64,000 nt of DNA, from the NCBI GenBank assembly GCA_037447605.1, contig CM074810.1, forward strand, positions 3,878,880 to 3,942,879. Reading direction: 5' to 3'. The stretch's first letter is position 1. Every line of letters begins with the position of its first letter. The translations under genes and the position numbers were made by a program. The notes under the pieces are model-generated. The model was not told the DNA's origin, made no database searches, and worked only from the letters and a program-made list of their open reading frames with translations. Of this stretch, positions 34,886 to 48,032 are shown one piece after another. This DNA comes from Zygnema circumcarinatum SAG 698-1b. Lineage: Eukaryota > Plantae > Zygnematophyceae.

Positions 34886-35617
34886 TTAGTCATATATACG
34901 AGAGAAGAATCGAATATGAAGCCAACGACGTTTCTTCAGCCCTTCCAATCTCAGGGCAGGTCGACACTGTGGCTGGACACTCATGACGAGGCTGGAGAGT
35001 GTCTCTCGCTTCAGACTCTCGTCCGCATGCGGACCATGACTGCCAAAAGGACCTGTGCCAATGTACTCCCATTCCAAAAGAGGGCAACAAAAGGGCTACT
35101 GCTGCCGCTGCTCCTGCTGCACTGCAGAGGGCACAGCACGGCTAGCCCCCTGCTGTGCAGCCACCTACGCCTTCCCACGCGCAGAAGCAGCAGCAGTGGC
35201 TTCCACGCTTTGACTTGCAAGCTCCCTCAAGCAATTCACACCGCAACAGCCCCATCCTCTCCAGAACAGGCGACAGTGTCCCCTGGATAGGCTGCTGCCA
35301 TGGCGTGAAGCTCACCTTGAATCTCATGCTTGCAGTAGTTTCGGCAGTCAGGCGGCCATGCGTTAGATCGGTTCTCAGAATGGCCAGCACAGTCCAGAAG
35401 AAAGGGCCGAGCCAGGCGTGTCGTCCTCTCTTTCTCTCTCTGCCTCTCCGACTCTGAACGCAACGGCGCTGCGCGCGACGAGCGTGCGGTACGCGGCCCC
35501 GCCCCGCCAAAGAGCGGGGGAGAGGGAGGTCAGGCGGCGGCGCTGGCCTCGGCGCTGGAGCAGGAGCAGGGTCCCTACCGCCATAGGCCCGGGCCCAGTC
35601 CCAGTCCTGGCCGCCAT
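34886..35617 (-). other. Possible small unidentified gene divergent from the TRF4-like gene
   Basis: ATG in good context at 35617 opens a GC-rich frame (MAARTGTGPGPMAVGTLLLLQRR...AYRTLVARSAVAFR). Downstream exons could not be resolved. Confidence 0.25.
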
Positions 35618-35930
35618 GCCGGTGTGCCGCTGAAGGGCGCCTGCTGCTCCTGCTGCTGCTGCCGTACTGCGTAGCTTCGATTTCGCGGCTTGCGCTCCCG
35701 ATGGCGATGCAGCACAGCCGGCACGGCTGTGCACCACCCCCCTTTTTTTTTTAAAGGGCAACCATGCGTTGCTTCACTCGCCGTGAGGACGATGAGGCGA
35801 GCCTAATCTGTGCTCTGTCATCACATCAATACTTGGAATGTCCTCAGCACTAGACTTAGGTTTAGGGCTAGTGTAAGGGGACGGGAGGACGAGCATTTCT
35901 GAAACATTAGCCTCGGGCGAAGTGCCAGAA

Positions 35931-38900
35931 ATGGCTGTGAACTCGGAGATAGGAGAGCAAACGCCGTCACAATTCCTTTATGATACTCTTGGCCCTGTTC
36001 TAAGCCACGAAGGAGTGGGAGAGGGCGAAAGAGTCGGCGAGCCCTTCCTTTCCAGGCTCCTGCAATCTCCCACATTAGGAGGAGAGATTGCTGTAGTGGT
36101 GAAGGAGGAGCCCTTCATAGCGGATGATGGGAACTTCATTGCTCTGGAAGATAAGGATGTAGCTTCTGAGGAGGAATGGGACGGTCTGGAAGACGGAGAG
36201 CTGCGCTCGAGAGGCGGTGAAGATGCCGCAGAAGCTCTCCTTTCGAGCCCTCCTCCGTGGCTTGGAGGGGGCCAGCAGGCGCAGGCTCAAAGCCCCTTCC
36301 TGCGGCTGCATCAAGGTTTGCTTGCAGGCATTCACCTGATAGACTTAGTGTTAACAAGCTGCGATGAATTTACCCGCGCGGTATTTTGAATATGTTGAGG
36401 GCAAACGGGGCAGACGAGTGATGCATGAAGGATTAGGGCAGAGTCCACTCTGTCCACTTTTTCATGAAAGGTGGCAGAAAGGCAGAAACTTCCTCTTTCA
36501 CTTTTGGCGACTGAAAGTGGAAGTTGACGACACCAACTGGCACACAGTCTGATTTGGGAACACCATGTCTGGGGGCAAGAGCAGAAATTATTAGATTTTG
36601 CGATTTTGTAGCGCCCACAGAAGCGGAGCAGCGCAAGCGTAAGGAGGCTGTGGCGCGTGTCAGTGAAGTCGTTCAATCTGTATGGCCTAACAGCACTGTG
36701 AGTTAGTTCTGCCTTTTTTTTGTTGCAGGCTCTTCTGAAAGCAAGCGAGAGACAGAGAGAGAAAGAGTTTTTGCGAACAAAGCCGCTTTTAGAAACACTG
36801 CAGATGTTTTACTTGTTTGCCCTAATCCTCTGCTTACAATCATGTAGGAAACATCGTCTCTGCAGCAGCATACTCTGAGTGGTTGGTTTTATTATTGGCA
36901 GGACAGGTGAAAGTCTTTGGATCTTATGCAACAGGGCTATACCTTCCAACAAGTGACTGCGATGTACGTTTTTTTCTCACTGATTGAGAAGGATGTACGG
37001 AGTAGTGAATCCAACCCTATTTTTTAGCTCTTTCTTGTCGTAGACAGATTTTGATAACAATCAGAAGGCACTGCAAGCTTAGAACGGATAAAATCCACAC
37101 CTAGAAAGGCCTAATACATTTTTTTAAAAGCAGCGAAACTACTCACAATTTTTGAAGTCGATTGGGAGGATAGGTGGTGGTCCTTGGCTCTCAATGCAGC
37201 TCTCTACAGCAGGGTTTGCGGGCACTCTCGATCGCACTCACGCGGCAGGGTGTTGCAAAGAAAATGCAGGTAATCTTAAAACGGAGTTCATGCATTAAGT
37301 GGTTTCGCTAGCAGAGGCATTGAGGAACAACTTCAATCGTTTCGTTGTAAATTATTTAGTTATGTGATGTCTCCCCTGAATTAGAGGTGAACGGGGACAA
37401 TATTGCTCAAGTTTACCTGGAATCATTTCCGGGGCTCCCATATTGAAATTGAATAATCAATTGCACGATCGCATTCCCTTTCTGCATGCACGCCTGTTTA
37501 CCTTAAGCCAATAATTACTAGGGTTTTTAGAATAGGGCTCTTTCCAATGGTATAGACATAAGGATGATGGCGGGGTTTCTACAGGTGATTGCACATGCAC
37601 GGGTTCCCATCATCAAGTTTGTGGACGTAGAAACCGACATTGCCTTCGATGTCAGGTTGTTCTTGAAGAAGGCCACTTTCCCTTTCTGTCACCTCTACTT
37701 CTGCTTATTTTTTATGGGAGATGTTTTATCTGAAGAAGGCTCCTATTGGGAGGGGGTAAGCTACTTACATATGCAGCATCTGAATGATGGCTCGGGGATT
37801 GTGCAGCTTTAATGTGTCGAACGGCCCTGATGCAGCAGCCTTCATTCAGGTAACTTCCAACGCGGTTTTTTCCATCTACATGAGCATGTAGGCAGCGTGA
37901 ATGCATCTATCAACCTTATAACATGTTTGGGATTTGCGGCCTAAGCCCCCCATGCCCTTCACATGAAGAGTTTGTCAATTGATGCGGGGTTAGAAAGTGA
38001 ATGTGTGTCTCCTACCGAGTCATCTACGGTGTTGGTCCATTGCAGGCAGCCATGCAGGAGCTTCCGCCTCTCAAACCGCTTTCCATGGTGCTGAAGATTT
38101 TTTTGCAGCAGCGCGAGCTTAACGAGGTTGGTGTCGCCATCACTTGCATGAGCAACCAGGAGTGAGGTGGCTTTTACTTCTAGAAGAATAACCAAGAAAG
38201 CATTTAAGCCACCTTCTCCTCCATGCAAGCAGTAATGACGGGCAATGCATCTTGCATTCATCTTCTCGGGTTGTTGCCAGGTCTACACAGGAGGCATCGG
38301 ATCATATGCTCTTCTCACAATGCTTATGGCACACCTTCAGGTGCGATTCTTCCCTCTTTCCTCCTCTGATCCGAGGGATCAGGTGCCGTATTACATGGTA
38401 CAATGCGATCTGATAACATGCGTGTTATTTGATGATGCGCTGGGAAGGTGATGCAATGAGACGTGCCACAAGTCGGTTGATGTGACATGATTGTGTGCTT
38501 TACGGTTCGACAGTATTGAGTGCGGACAGTCCTGACCCGGGGGGAAGGAGGGAGCGGGGGAAGCAGCTGCATCCCAGTTGGCGTCGGGAGAATGGCACGC
38601 TGGAGGCCAACCTTGGTGTGCTGCTGGTGGGTCCATTGAAGATGATAACGTCCTGCTTCCTATTCATATGTCTCCGTATCATCCGTGGGAATGGCTATAT
38701 TCCAATGAGCGAATCATGGATATGCTGGTTGGATTAAGCCCAGCTCTTTTGAGTTGAGGGCGGTCTTCCAGGCAGGCAGAGCCGATAGAGCTCTTGGGTG
38801 TGGCTAGGGACTACCTGAATTACAATCCAGAAACGTGAAAAAGTCAAAAACATTCGCTTTATTCAAGGAGGGAAAACATAATGTTTTTAGTTAGTGTGGA

Positions 38901-40495
38901 ATCCTGCTGTCCATTTATACCTCAATTTTCAATTAAATCATCTCTGGAAAAGGACACCAGAAGATAGTTAAGAAGAAGGAAAGCTGACGACAGAAGAAAA
39001 AGTTTATTGCGGGCACAGGTTGACTTTTTGGACCTCTTTGGACGTTCCCTGAATATGCATGACGTTGGCATCTCCTGTCGAAATGGAGGGTCGTTCTATG
39101 CCAAGCGCACACATCGGTGCGTACTCTTTCACCAGAGGCATGTTCAGTTTTGATGAAGAACATTTAGATGTAAAGCACATGCATGTGCAGGCGCATGCTT
39201 ATGGAGGGATTTTAGGTGGTTCTAGGATCTCAATATTTTCAGATTGGTCTTAATATTAACATCATCCTGAGTATAACGGAGAGGGGGGGGGGAGTGGACA
39301 GGCCGCCGATGGTGGATCAGCGGAGGCCATACTTGCTGTCGGTGGAAGATCCACAGGTAGGTCGAGCCTGTAGATGTAAATTCCGCTCTGATGCAAAAGT
39401 ATGCTAGGAATCTGAATGCGCCATTTCTGCATGATTTCTGCATTTTTCGGGATAAGTCAAACGTGCGGAGGGGGATGGGGGAGAGGAACCGGGAAGGAGG
39501 GAGGGAGGGCAGCGAGGAGAGTGGGAAGTCGAGAGGGTAATAAGCATGAATCGCCCAGGTTTTGGTCAGCCAAATTGAGTGCATGAATTTGAGAGGCGGC
39601 AGTTTCATGTGTGCATCTTGCAGGCTGCGGATAACGATCTTGGCAGAAATTCGTACAACATCAGCAGAGTGAGAAGTTGTGGCTTTTTTTCTGTTCCCAG
39701 AAGCAAAAGTATCCATTAAACATATTCATCCACACCCCATCTCCCCTTCTTAGCCTAATCAATGTCCATACTCAGCAGTCGTTGGGTGAAGGGATCAGTG
39801 TTACTCTGCAACTAGGCTAAAACGGACCCCTCTGTCACCCTGCCTTGGAGGGAGGCTGTGTTCAGGTGCGCTCCTCTTTCCGGTTGGCGCATCGCCTGCT
39901 GACGACGTACTCTGTAGAGGACGTGCCTGCCGAGTACGGTCTGCTTGCGCGCATTGTGCGGCTCGATGCCGCGCTAGCCGATCGCGATGTTCCGGTCCCT
40001 CCGTCCAGCATTGTAAGAAGGGGAGAGCGCCGCAGCCAGGCTGCAGCAGGGCAGTTGTGGGACAGGTGGGAGATGGGCGAAGAGGGTGATGATGGGGCCA
40101 AGGAGGAGGAGAGGGGACGGGACTGGGAGAGGGGACGGGACTGGGAGAGGGAGGAGGGGGAGTGGGAGGAGGAGAAGGAGAGTCAGAGGAAGTGGGGTAG
40201 GGAGAGGGAGCAAGAGAGGGGAAGAGGGAGAGAGAGGGAGAGGGATGTGCGGCACCAATCACTGGAGCAGAGGCTAACCGCGGCAAGAGCGTATGCTGAA
40301 CCGGAGGAGTGGGAGGTGAAGGATTACTCCTACATGGATCCGCAACGGAGTCGCAAGAGAGGGCGCCATCCCGAGGCGGTGGAGGAGGGAGGGCGCCGCA
40401 ATCGCAGCCGCCCGAGCGGGCCTGCCCCTGCCTCTTCACCCGGTTGGAGGCCACGTGAGGAGAGTCGGCGCCACAATCAGCATCGACGCTTCTGA
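35931..40495 (+). CDS. TRL: TRF4/TRF5-like non-canonical poly(A) polymerase (PAP/25A-associated nucleotidyltransferase)
   Basis: Spliced motifs SPFLRLHQ|EIIRFCDFVAPT, VKVFGSYATGLYLPTSDCD (GS...DxD), VIAHARVPIIKF, LVLKIFLQQRELNE-like PLSMVLKIFLQQRELNE|VYTGGIGSYALLTML, LLSVEDPQ and NDLGRNSYN; charged low-complexity tail. Confidence 0.93.
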
Positions 40496-41675
40496 TGTGC
40501 GCCCGCACTTTCTTGTAAACACAAAACTTTGCGCTTGGCAAAGCGATTGTTGCGAAGGAAAAAAAGCAGCGGAGGGCTTTAAGAGTTAAACACATCGCTT
40601 TGCTGTTGCAAACTGGTGCCTTTCCACATGACCGTTTCTCTCACTGAAAGCTGAAATAATTGTTTCCACTGTTTCATGGGTAAATGAGTTTCTTATCAGC
40701 GAATTCACTCTAGACACTCAAAGATGACGGGTGTGCTGGCTCGAGTATCTTCACGTCGCTTTTTTACTTTGTGTGTCGTGATCTTGCTCCTCCTGCTACT
40801 TGAAATAGAGTTGAAAGTAACTGGAAACTAGCACATGTTCGATCCTAAAGGGAGGTAGAAGAGCGATGTGGTGTTTCCACGCCCTCGGGGTTGAATGTCC
40901 CGATGGTCCTGTAGATTCTTGTACTGCTACGAGCCCGTCAAACTTTTAGGGTCCTCAGAGTGCATGCCATCAACGCTGCCATCGCGGTGTCCTCTCCGTG
41001 CCCTGCTCTCAGGAGAGCACCTCTCCTGAGGACACTCGCGCCTACAAACAGTGCAGCCAAGCTGGTCATAAACACCTGCTGCTACACCGTACGGTAGTGG
41101 GGCCCTCTCTGGACCCGGGGCGGAAAGGGGCGTGCAGGCTCGTCGCTTCACAGACTAACGCCACGGCTTTCGGAGCAGGCATACCAAAGATTCAAACGCA
41201 AGCTACGCTGGGTTTTGAAGGGTTTTGTTTTTTAACGAACCTACGAGTAGCACCTGTAGACACAAAAGCACCCTCACACCACCCATGGCTGTTCTCGCAC
41301 CGCACTGGTTTATTATTCACTCAAACATTACAAAAATCTGAACCCTCCCTCCCCCTCGCTCTATCTCAACCAAATGACTAGGGACGATAAAAAAGGGACG
41401 GCTCGTCATTCGAAAAAATCAATGTACAAGTTCTCCGTTGGTCACGCAGCGCCCAGTTCGAGCAGCCCCCCATGGCGTAATGCCACAACGCAAAGGGCAA
41501 ACATATCTCCGGCCAAAAAGCGTAGACCATCTCGACGAAGTATCTCCATTGTGGTTCCCATTGAATCGGGTCAAAAAGGCATCGGTACACGGGATTGGCC
41601 TAGCTCATTTCTGGACCCCTCCGGCGCCTCACCCTCTGTTGTGCAAAACTGTGCCAAACTCCGATTGGCGCTCTC

Positions 41676-44600
41676 TCATCCGCGTCGCCGCAGTCCGTCT
41701 CCGGAGAGGGAATGTTCAAAACTCCGCAGCTCCGCCTCTGAGTGCGGCATCTCTCGCTGCCCAACCTCTCTCAGCTGCACCAGAATGTCAGCTGCCCCTC
41801 CCTCACAAGTGAGGCTCGCCTCCCGCTGCCACGCCTTGCTGCTGCTGTCGCTGTCATCGGTCACCTCCTCTATCTCGGTCACTCGCGAGCGGCCCACCTT
41901 CTTGCTGTTCGCGCGCTTCAAGGTGTTGCTCATTTCAAACGCCGAGCCGTTCACATCCGGGACAAGTTTGCACTCGACAGCGCCGTTCTCATGAGGATCT
42001 GAACCATTTGAAACAAAGGAAGGAGAAGTGCCCGCCAGTCGCTCCGTCCCATTCTCACGCCCCCCCAGCTCGCTGCTTGCTTGGACCGCCCTTGCCTCGC
42101 TACTCCTTCCGTCATGCAGTTCAGAGCCATTGGCAAGGCTGTGCCGCACATCGGACTGGCAGGGCTCCATCTTTCCGTTAGGTTGCCAATTTTCAATCCC
42201 ATTCCTTCCTGCAGGTCCGCGTGCGGAGTCTGGCGAATCTTTGTCAAGTGCTGACACGGACGCCACGCGGCAGGTTTGGCCATTAGGAGAGACCGATGTT
42301 CGGACAGTCAGTGGGGGAGTCCTCCTGCTTTTGTGGGCTCCTCCTCCATTGCCTTTTGACGAAGGCAGAGTTAACCGCGCCATGACATAGGCGAGCAGGT
42401 CCTGCTGCTGAGCAAATGTGAAGTCAAGGTGGGCATATTCAAACTCTTTGATAGACGTGGTCCGTCCAGCAGCTTTAAGGATCTGATAGTGCTTCTTCAC
42501 CATAGAGGACGGAATGAGGTGATCCTTTCGGCCCATGACGACGTCCACAGGAATGTCAACCAAATGATAGTGCGCGCCGATGTCAATAGGTCGGGGCTGT
42601 CCGTACGCGTCCATGTTCGCTCTCGCAGATCCATAATCGTACATGATGAAACGCTTTGCTCCCTTCATTTGAGCCAAGTGCTTCATAACGCCATATGATA
42701 GGCCCGGCATGTCATGTATGTTATAGTGTGGCTGCCGTAAGGCACCCACCCAGTCAGAGCTATCGCCCCCGACAAAGAGGGAACTGATCAGCACTTGCAC
42801 AAGGGCACGCACTGCAGGCAGGTTTTGAAAGTCCTGAGCAAGTTTATGAAACAGCAGCCGCAGCCCACGTGTCGGAATGTAAAAGCCAGGGATGAAGTAT
42901 TTCATGAAAGAGTCAATGAAGGGCATCAGCAAGACCGCCTTCAGAAAGTCGAACAGTAATGGTGTGGTCTCATGAAATCCTGCCACGACAAAAGGGCCCC
43001 AAAGAAACAATCAACGAACGTTTGCATGTCAAGCTATTATTAACCCTTATCCATCTCGTTCTTCGACATGAGAGAATGCAGTAGTCCTCTAGGCGAATTC
43101 AGGTAGGATGCGGACGAGCAAGGATCGGAGCTTAGGGGTGAAGGTAGAAAGCTGGAGAAGAGCGGAGAAATGAACAGGAGAGAAAACAGGAGATGGGTGG
43201 GGAAAAGGAAGCAATATGTACGCAAAGTGTTGTGGTTTGAAAATAACTGTCAACAGTTCTGTCAACTGTTGCGCTCTGACTGTTCAGGGTGTTAGGAGAT
43301 AGCTGCATTTCAAACCTTTGGGTCTAGGAGCATAAGACACGAAAGAAAATGCTGCATCGTTATAAGATGTGTATCAGAAAAAAATGGAACTGACCTGCTG
43401 GTGACAGGAGAATGAGACGTGAGAAGCGATGGGGTTCCTGCCTCATGCACTGAGTGACAAGATACAGCATGATAGCTGCTCCCCCGAGACTGTGCGCCAC
43501 CCCTGACAGCACATATGGCTGCTCAGCATCGCTACTATGCACATCGGTCTCTGTATCTCGCAATTCTCGCATTTTAGTCTCGTGAATGCATTGCACCATA
43601 GCCCGGATATCATACATGCCGTGCTCATTCACTGAGTAACGCCAGTACCTGCATGAATTGAGGTCCAAGAACAAGAATAACGCTCTTCAATTGCTTGAAA
43701 GCATGCTTGCTGCTAAGGCCATGCAAAACCTGGTCTCTTGAAGGAAAAGCACTAAATGAGAGTACATCCTCGATGCAACTTCTGGTCTCTATTGTCAATG
43801 ATAACTCAACGGACGGCCCCTTATTCTGAAAGCTAAGAGGCTGAAACAAAGCCTGAAACGTGGAACTAGCATTAGGATACGATCGTACTCCTGTGCAGAA
43901 ATGCGCGTATTTACATGTTCCCGAGATGCGTATCCACGCATGTTCCCCAACCAAACGTCAAAGCCTGCACAAGTATTCAAACAATGCAGCTTCACACCTG
44001 CAGCTGAATGAAAAACCTCAATAAAAAATCTTTACACTAGTAATTCAGCAAGCCTTTCGCAGGATGCCGGCCATGGTCATTATTCATATCATCCCTCCAC
44101 AAAAACTCTATCGCTCCCACAACAATTTCCCAGTAGCAGTGCATAAATGTGCTGTGATCAACAACGAAGTTTTACCCTGATCGTATGCGGCAAAGGCCTG
44201 CGATCCCACCACTCCGTTGGAAACCCACCTGCAGCAAGCAAGACAAAGAAACGCATCGGAACGGCAAATCTTCTGAAAGGGACTTTCAAAGGATCAGCGG
44301 AACAAGGGTTGAGACACTGTAACAAGGCGGTGACTTTAAAGTTTCTTTACAGAGAGAGATTTACGAAAAAATCTTCTTTACGAAAAAAGATGAGAAAGGT
44401 TCATGGAAAGGCGAACACACCCAAGGGAGCTGTCAAGCAGCCCATGCTGCAGTAGTACCACCTTCCTCGAATCACGCCTGCCGCATCCACCGCGACTACC
44501 ATTATCATCATTAAATATCTAAATAGTTATTACTATTATCATATTAACAGCCCTGAACGATTCCTTGCCTCCTAAAATGAAGACCGCAATGGGAGACCTT

Positions 44601-46912
44601 TGCAAAGATGATAGATTTGGGTTACTGTGCATACATTAAGTCGGTCTGCCCATCTACACCTCCATGCAATCCAGAGGAGGTCTGGATGCAGAGGTCAAGA
44701 AAAAAAAACAAGGGAGATGTACCGTGGAATGCGTTCAAGGGTGAGAACGTAGCCATCCTTCGTGGTCACCTTGATTGCCTCAAATGGATACCTAAAAACA
44801 TTCCATCAGATAACTTCCCAAAAGATCAGAATTTCCAAACCCAAGCAAGTAAAATGATTATCATGAACACAATTGTTAAACCAAAATGCGCCTTCTCTTA
44901 CCCTGCATCAGAAACAATATCTTCACAGGTACGCGCATCTGTATTCAACGCCTCGGACAAGCGCATTACACGCTGCTGCTGAGGCTGCGCTTTGCTGTCG
45001 CCAAGAGTGGTAGTTTCCACAGTTCCGCCCTGGATGGGCGCTTGTCTCCTCCGCCCGAAAAGGGTGTCAAAAAGTGCACTCACAGCATCAAATGGCGCGT
45101 GCAGTATGCTTCGTACAGTCTCGAATACTCGATCAATAGCCAGCTCCATGAGGAGCTGCAAGTCCTGCAGCCACAACAGCAGAATTCCAAGCCAAGGCTA
45201 AACTACGAGAAACAAAAAAACAGTTCACGAATGGTGTGGGCTGTTCAATGCGCTGTCCAGCAAGGACCACTCAAAAAATTTGACAGCCAACAAGCCAGCT
45301 TTCCTCTGTCAAGAAGCGTGTCCACACACTAGCTGAGACAATTCTGACCTACAACAACGTATTTCTTCACATGTGCATGGTCGGTTATCCACTAGATGCT
45401 CTATCTGTCACATGCACGCAGTGATTCCACGATAATATTGTCCCTTTTGTCCGAAGGTCTGATGCAAACACACTTTCTTCAATTTTTACTGCTGCCTACA
45501 GAAATTTACTTTCGTTTGTCCACAGCCTGCCTGCTGGATAAAAATTGCATAAAGGTATTGCTCGCAGTCCAGACAAAAGTAGGTCCTCCGACACGCGCGC
45601 GTTTGAAGCCAGTCTGCCTTCAAAAGAGGCCAAGAATCTCTAAGCTGAAATTATTAAGAGTGCTTAAAGAGTTTCTCTGGCTGATTCAAGCCCTCCCCAC
45701 CGCCCCCCTTCCTGGTTGCTTGTGTTCTATTTATCGCTTCTTCTCCACAACTGGTAAACACATGGCCCTCCTATGCCAGTCTCCCTCGCTTTTGTCATAA
45801 GGATGAGGCAAGCAAGCTCACCTCAATAATTCCCCTCCTTCTGTTATCATTCAGATGCGTCACATATTCCATGACGTCGTTCAGCCGCTTGCCAAGCTCA
45901 TGGCTGGCGATAGAGAAGTGGCGAGTCAGGCTGCTGTTGCTGCTCGAGCGACTCACCGGCCGATCATGCACAGGGAAAGACTCCGTTGACAAACCGACAC
46001 TGCTCGAGTGGGAGAATTCCTCCACCAGACGTCTTCTGTGGGGCCGTCTCCGCGGAAAAAGGAATGCCAACGGCCAAAAGATGAGCCAAAGCAAACGGCG
46101 CAGAACTTGCAGCCAAGTTCTCGAACGCTGACGGGGCCGCGACCCTCCGCTGCCGCGCAACGTGTGGCCGCCGCTCGAGTGGAAGGACCCGCTCGAGGAG
46201 GAGGGGGAGGAGGGCAGCGAGAGCTCGTCCTCTCTGCCAGACTCGTACTCGGAGAGGGAATCGCCGTCAGAGTCAGACTCGTCGTATATAAAATTCAACG
46301 AAGAAACGCCACTGCGATTCAGACGACAGAAGACACATCAACGGGCTGCTGCTGCTTGTGCTTCCTCCGCCATCATCTCGGGCGAGCGAGCGCGGTCTTG
46401 AATCGGCGGTTTGCAGCAATGGCATATTTCTCACCCGCTACGGGTCTACAAAAGACAAAGCTTCAAATAGCAACTATTTGCTTGCTGAAACTCTTGCCAT
46501 TTTTCCCTTCTTGACGTCCACAAAAAACGAGAAGAATGAAGGGCGGGGGGCGGGAAGGCGAGAAGCTGACTCTTCCATCCAGCGCGGCAGGCGAGGCGCC
46601 TTGAAGGTCGGGCGGAGCTCCCATCCCCTCAGGCCCTCCACGAAGCCGGCGCGGCCCGGCACCAGCGCCAGCGCAAAGGCAGACGCGCCGTTCACCGCGT
46701 TGATCACATTGTTGAACGCTTCTCTGGTGACTGTCTTCACGGACCTGCCCCACCCCAGCGCGCATATACAAGTCACGAACTCCCCACAACATTCAATAAA
46801 GAACAGCAATTCGCATTAATATTGAGAATCTGTCGCTGTATATAGCAGGAGAAGAAAGAAAGATCGCATACTCTTTGGCCACCCCGACGGCGCTGTCCAG
46901 GAGCCGCTGCAT
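41676..46912 (-). CDS. Alpha/beta-hydrolase lipase (acid-lipase-like, with AB-hydrolase-associated lipase region)
   Basis: MQRLLDSAVGVAKE|SVKTVTREAFNN...GWELRPTFKAPRLPRWM, NTDARTCEDIV, GYPFEAIKV, LQHGLLDSS, WVSNGVVGSQAFAAYDQG, FDVWLGNMRG, nucleophile motif AHSLGG and EFEYAHLDFTF. This is the land-plant At1g73920-type family as I recall it. Confidence 0.93.
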
Positions 46913-47146
46913 GGCGCCTCCTCTCTCACGGTGGCGAGCAGCTACGAGTCATGGCCATGGCTACCTCCCGCCAGCTGTACCGTAACCCTAATTTTCGCCT
47001 CGCCTCGTCCCCGCGAGAGAGCCGCGGACGGACGGTCGGACGGACGGACGGACGGAGCCGCCGTGGACGGACGACCGCCCACAGGTGCGCGCCGTCCGAT
47101 CTGGCACATCGGACGGTCCGCTGCGCTCGCCCGATCGGCGGAGCTC

Positions 47147-47215
47147 GCCACGTCACGTCGCGCCGCATGGTCCGGCCTGCGCCTGCCACGTGTCCACGCG
47201 CGTGCCACGTGGCGG
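47147..47215. promoter_or_regulatory. G-box/ABRE-like cluster upstream of the lipase gene
   Basis: GCCACGTCA, GCCACGTGTC (core 47187-47192) and GCCACGTGGC (core 47206-47211), about 240-300 bp upstream of the lipase ATG. Confidence 0.45.
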
Positions 47216-47908
47216 CCGCGGAACACGCGGTGCGCGCACACGCTGGCCACGCGGCCCGCTTCCGAGGCGGCCCTCGCCCGGCCGCGTGGTGTGTTGCCAG
47301 ACGCGAATCGCCCGAACGAGAACGGAACAAAACGGCTGCTTCTAGGGCTGCGTTGTTTGCGCATAGGCGTAGTTTTACGCTCCTAGCTTCTTCTATTGTG
47401 CTTAGGTCCTTTGCGACCAATCCTTTCCACATAATGCTTTTGTCCATGTACATTTGATGGCCTCGCCATCGTGAGTTCAATGCCATTTCCGAACAGAACA
47501 GGTTTGTGCTCGCTCGCACCCTCAGAGAGAGGGGATGGGACCGCGATCCTGGCTTGCCCGAGTCAGGCCGTACAGTAGATTTAGGTCGCACCGACACGGG
47601 CTACAATAGAAATCTGGTTTTTCTCATTTAAAAAAAGGAGGGTAAGACAAATTTCATACATGCCTCGTCCCTGCAATAACCGTCAAATGAGCGCTTTGAC
47701 CAGCACCAGTAGCAGCACTACCGGAGACCGTGCAACAACTTCCAGCTGCATCGGCTGGATCGGTCCCCTTTATTGGGCCAACTCATAACCGAGAGTTACG
47801 ACTGCCGTGCCTTTGTAGGGCCCATCGCCGTGGACCGGCCGACCTGCGGCAGCCCTAGAACGCCTCTCTTTGCGCCGGACGGATCCCCTCCTCTGCTGCG
47901 CTGCGCTG

Positions 47909-47992
47909 GTCTGTCTATCTGTCTATCTGTCTGTCTATCTGTCTGTCTGCCTGTCTGTCTGTCTGTCTGTCTATCTGTCTGTCTGTCTGTCT
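47909..47992. repeat. (CTGT/CTAT)n microsatellite
   Basis: Direct reading of tetranucleotide repeats. Confidence 0.95.
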
Positions 47993-48032
47993 GGTTCGAA
48001 TCATGGTCCCTTCCCCTCGCGTGCCCTCCGCC

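Noticed and set aside
35455-35500. LYR-motif-like AYRTLVARSAVAFR
   Set aside because: Only a partial match, and downstream exons do not continue a LYR fold.
41008-41030. 10-bp perfect hairpin CTCAGGAGAG-CAC-CTCTCCTGAG
   Set aside because: Short enough to arise by chance in 64 kb of GC-rich DNA; no supporting context.
47993-48003. GGTTCGAATC resembling a tRNA T-loop (similar GGTTCGAAT near 21509)
   Set aside because: No acceptor stem, D-arm or anticodon arm.
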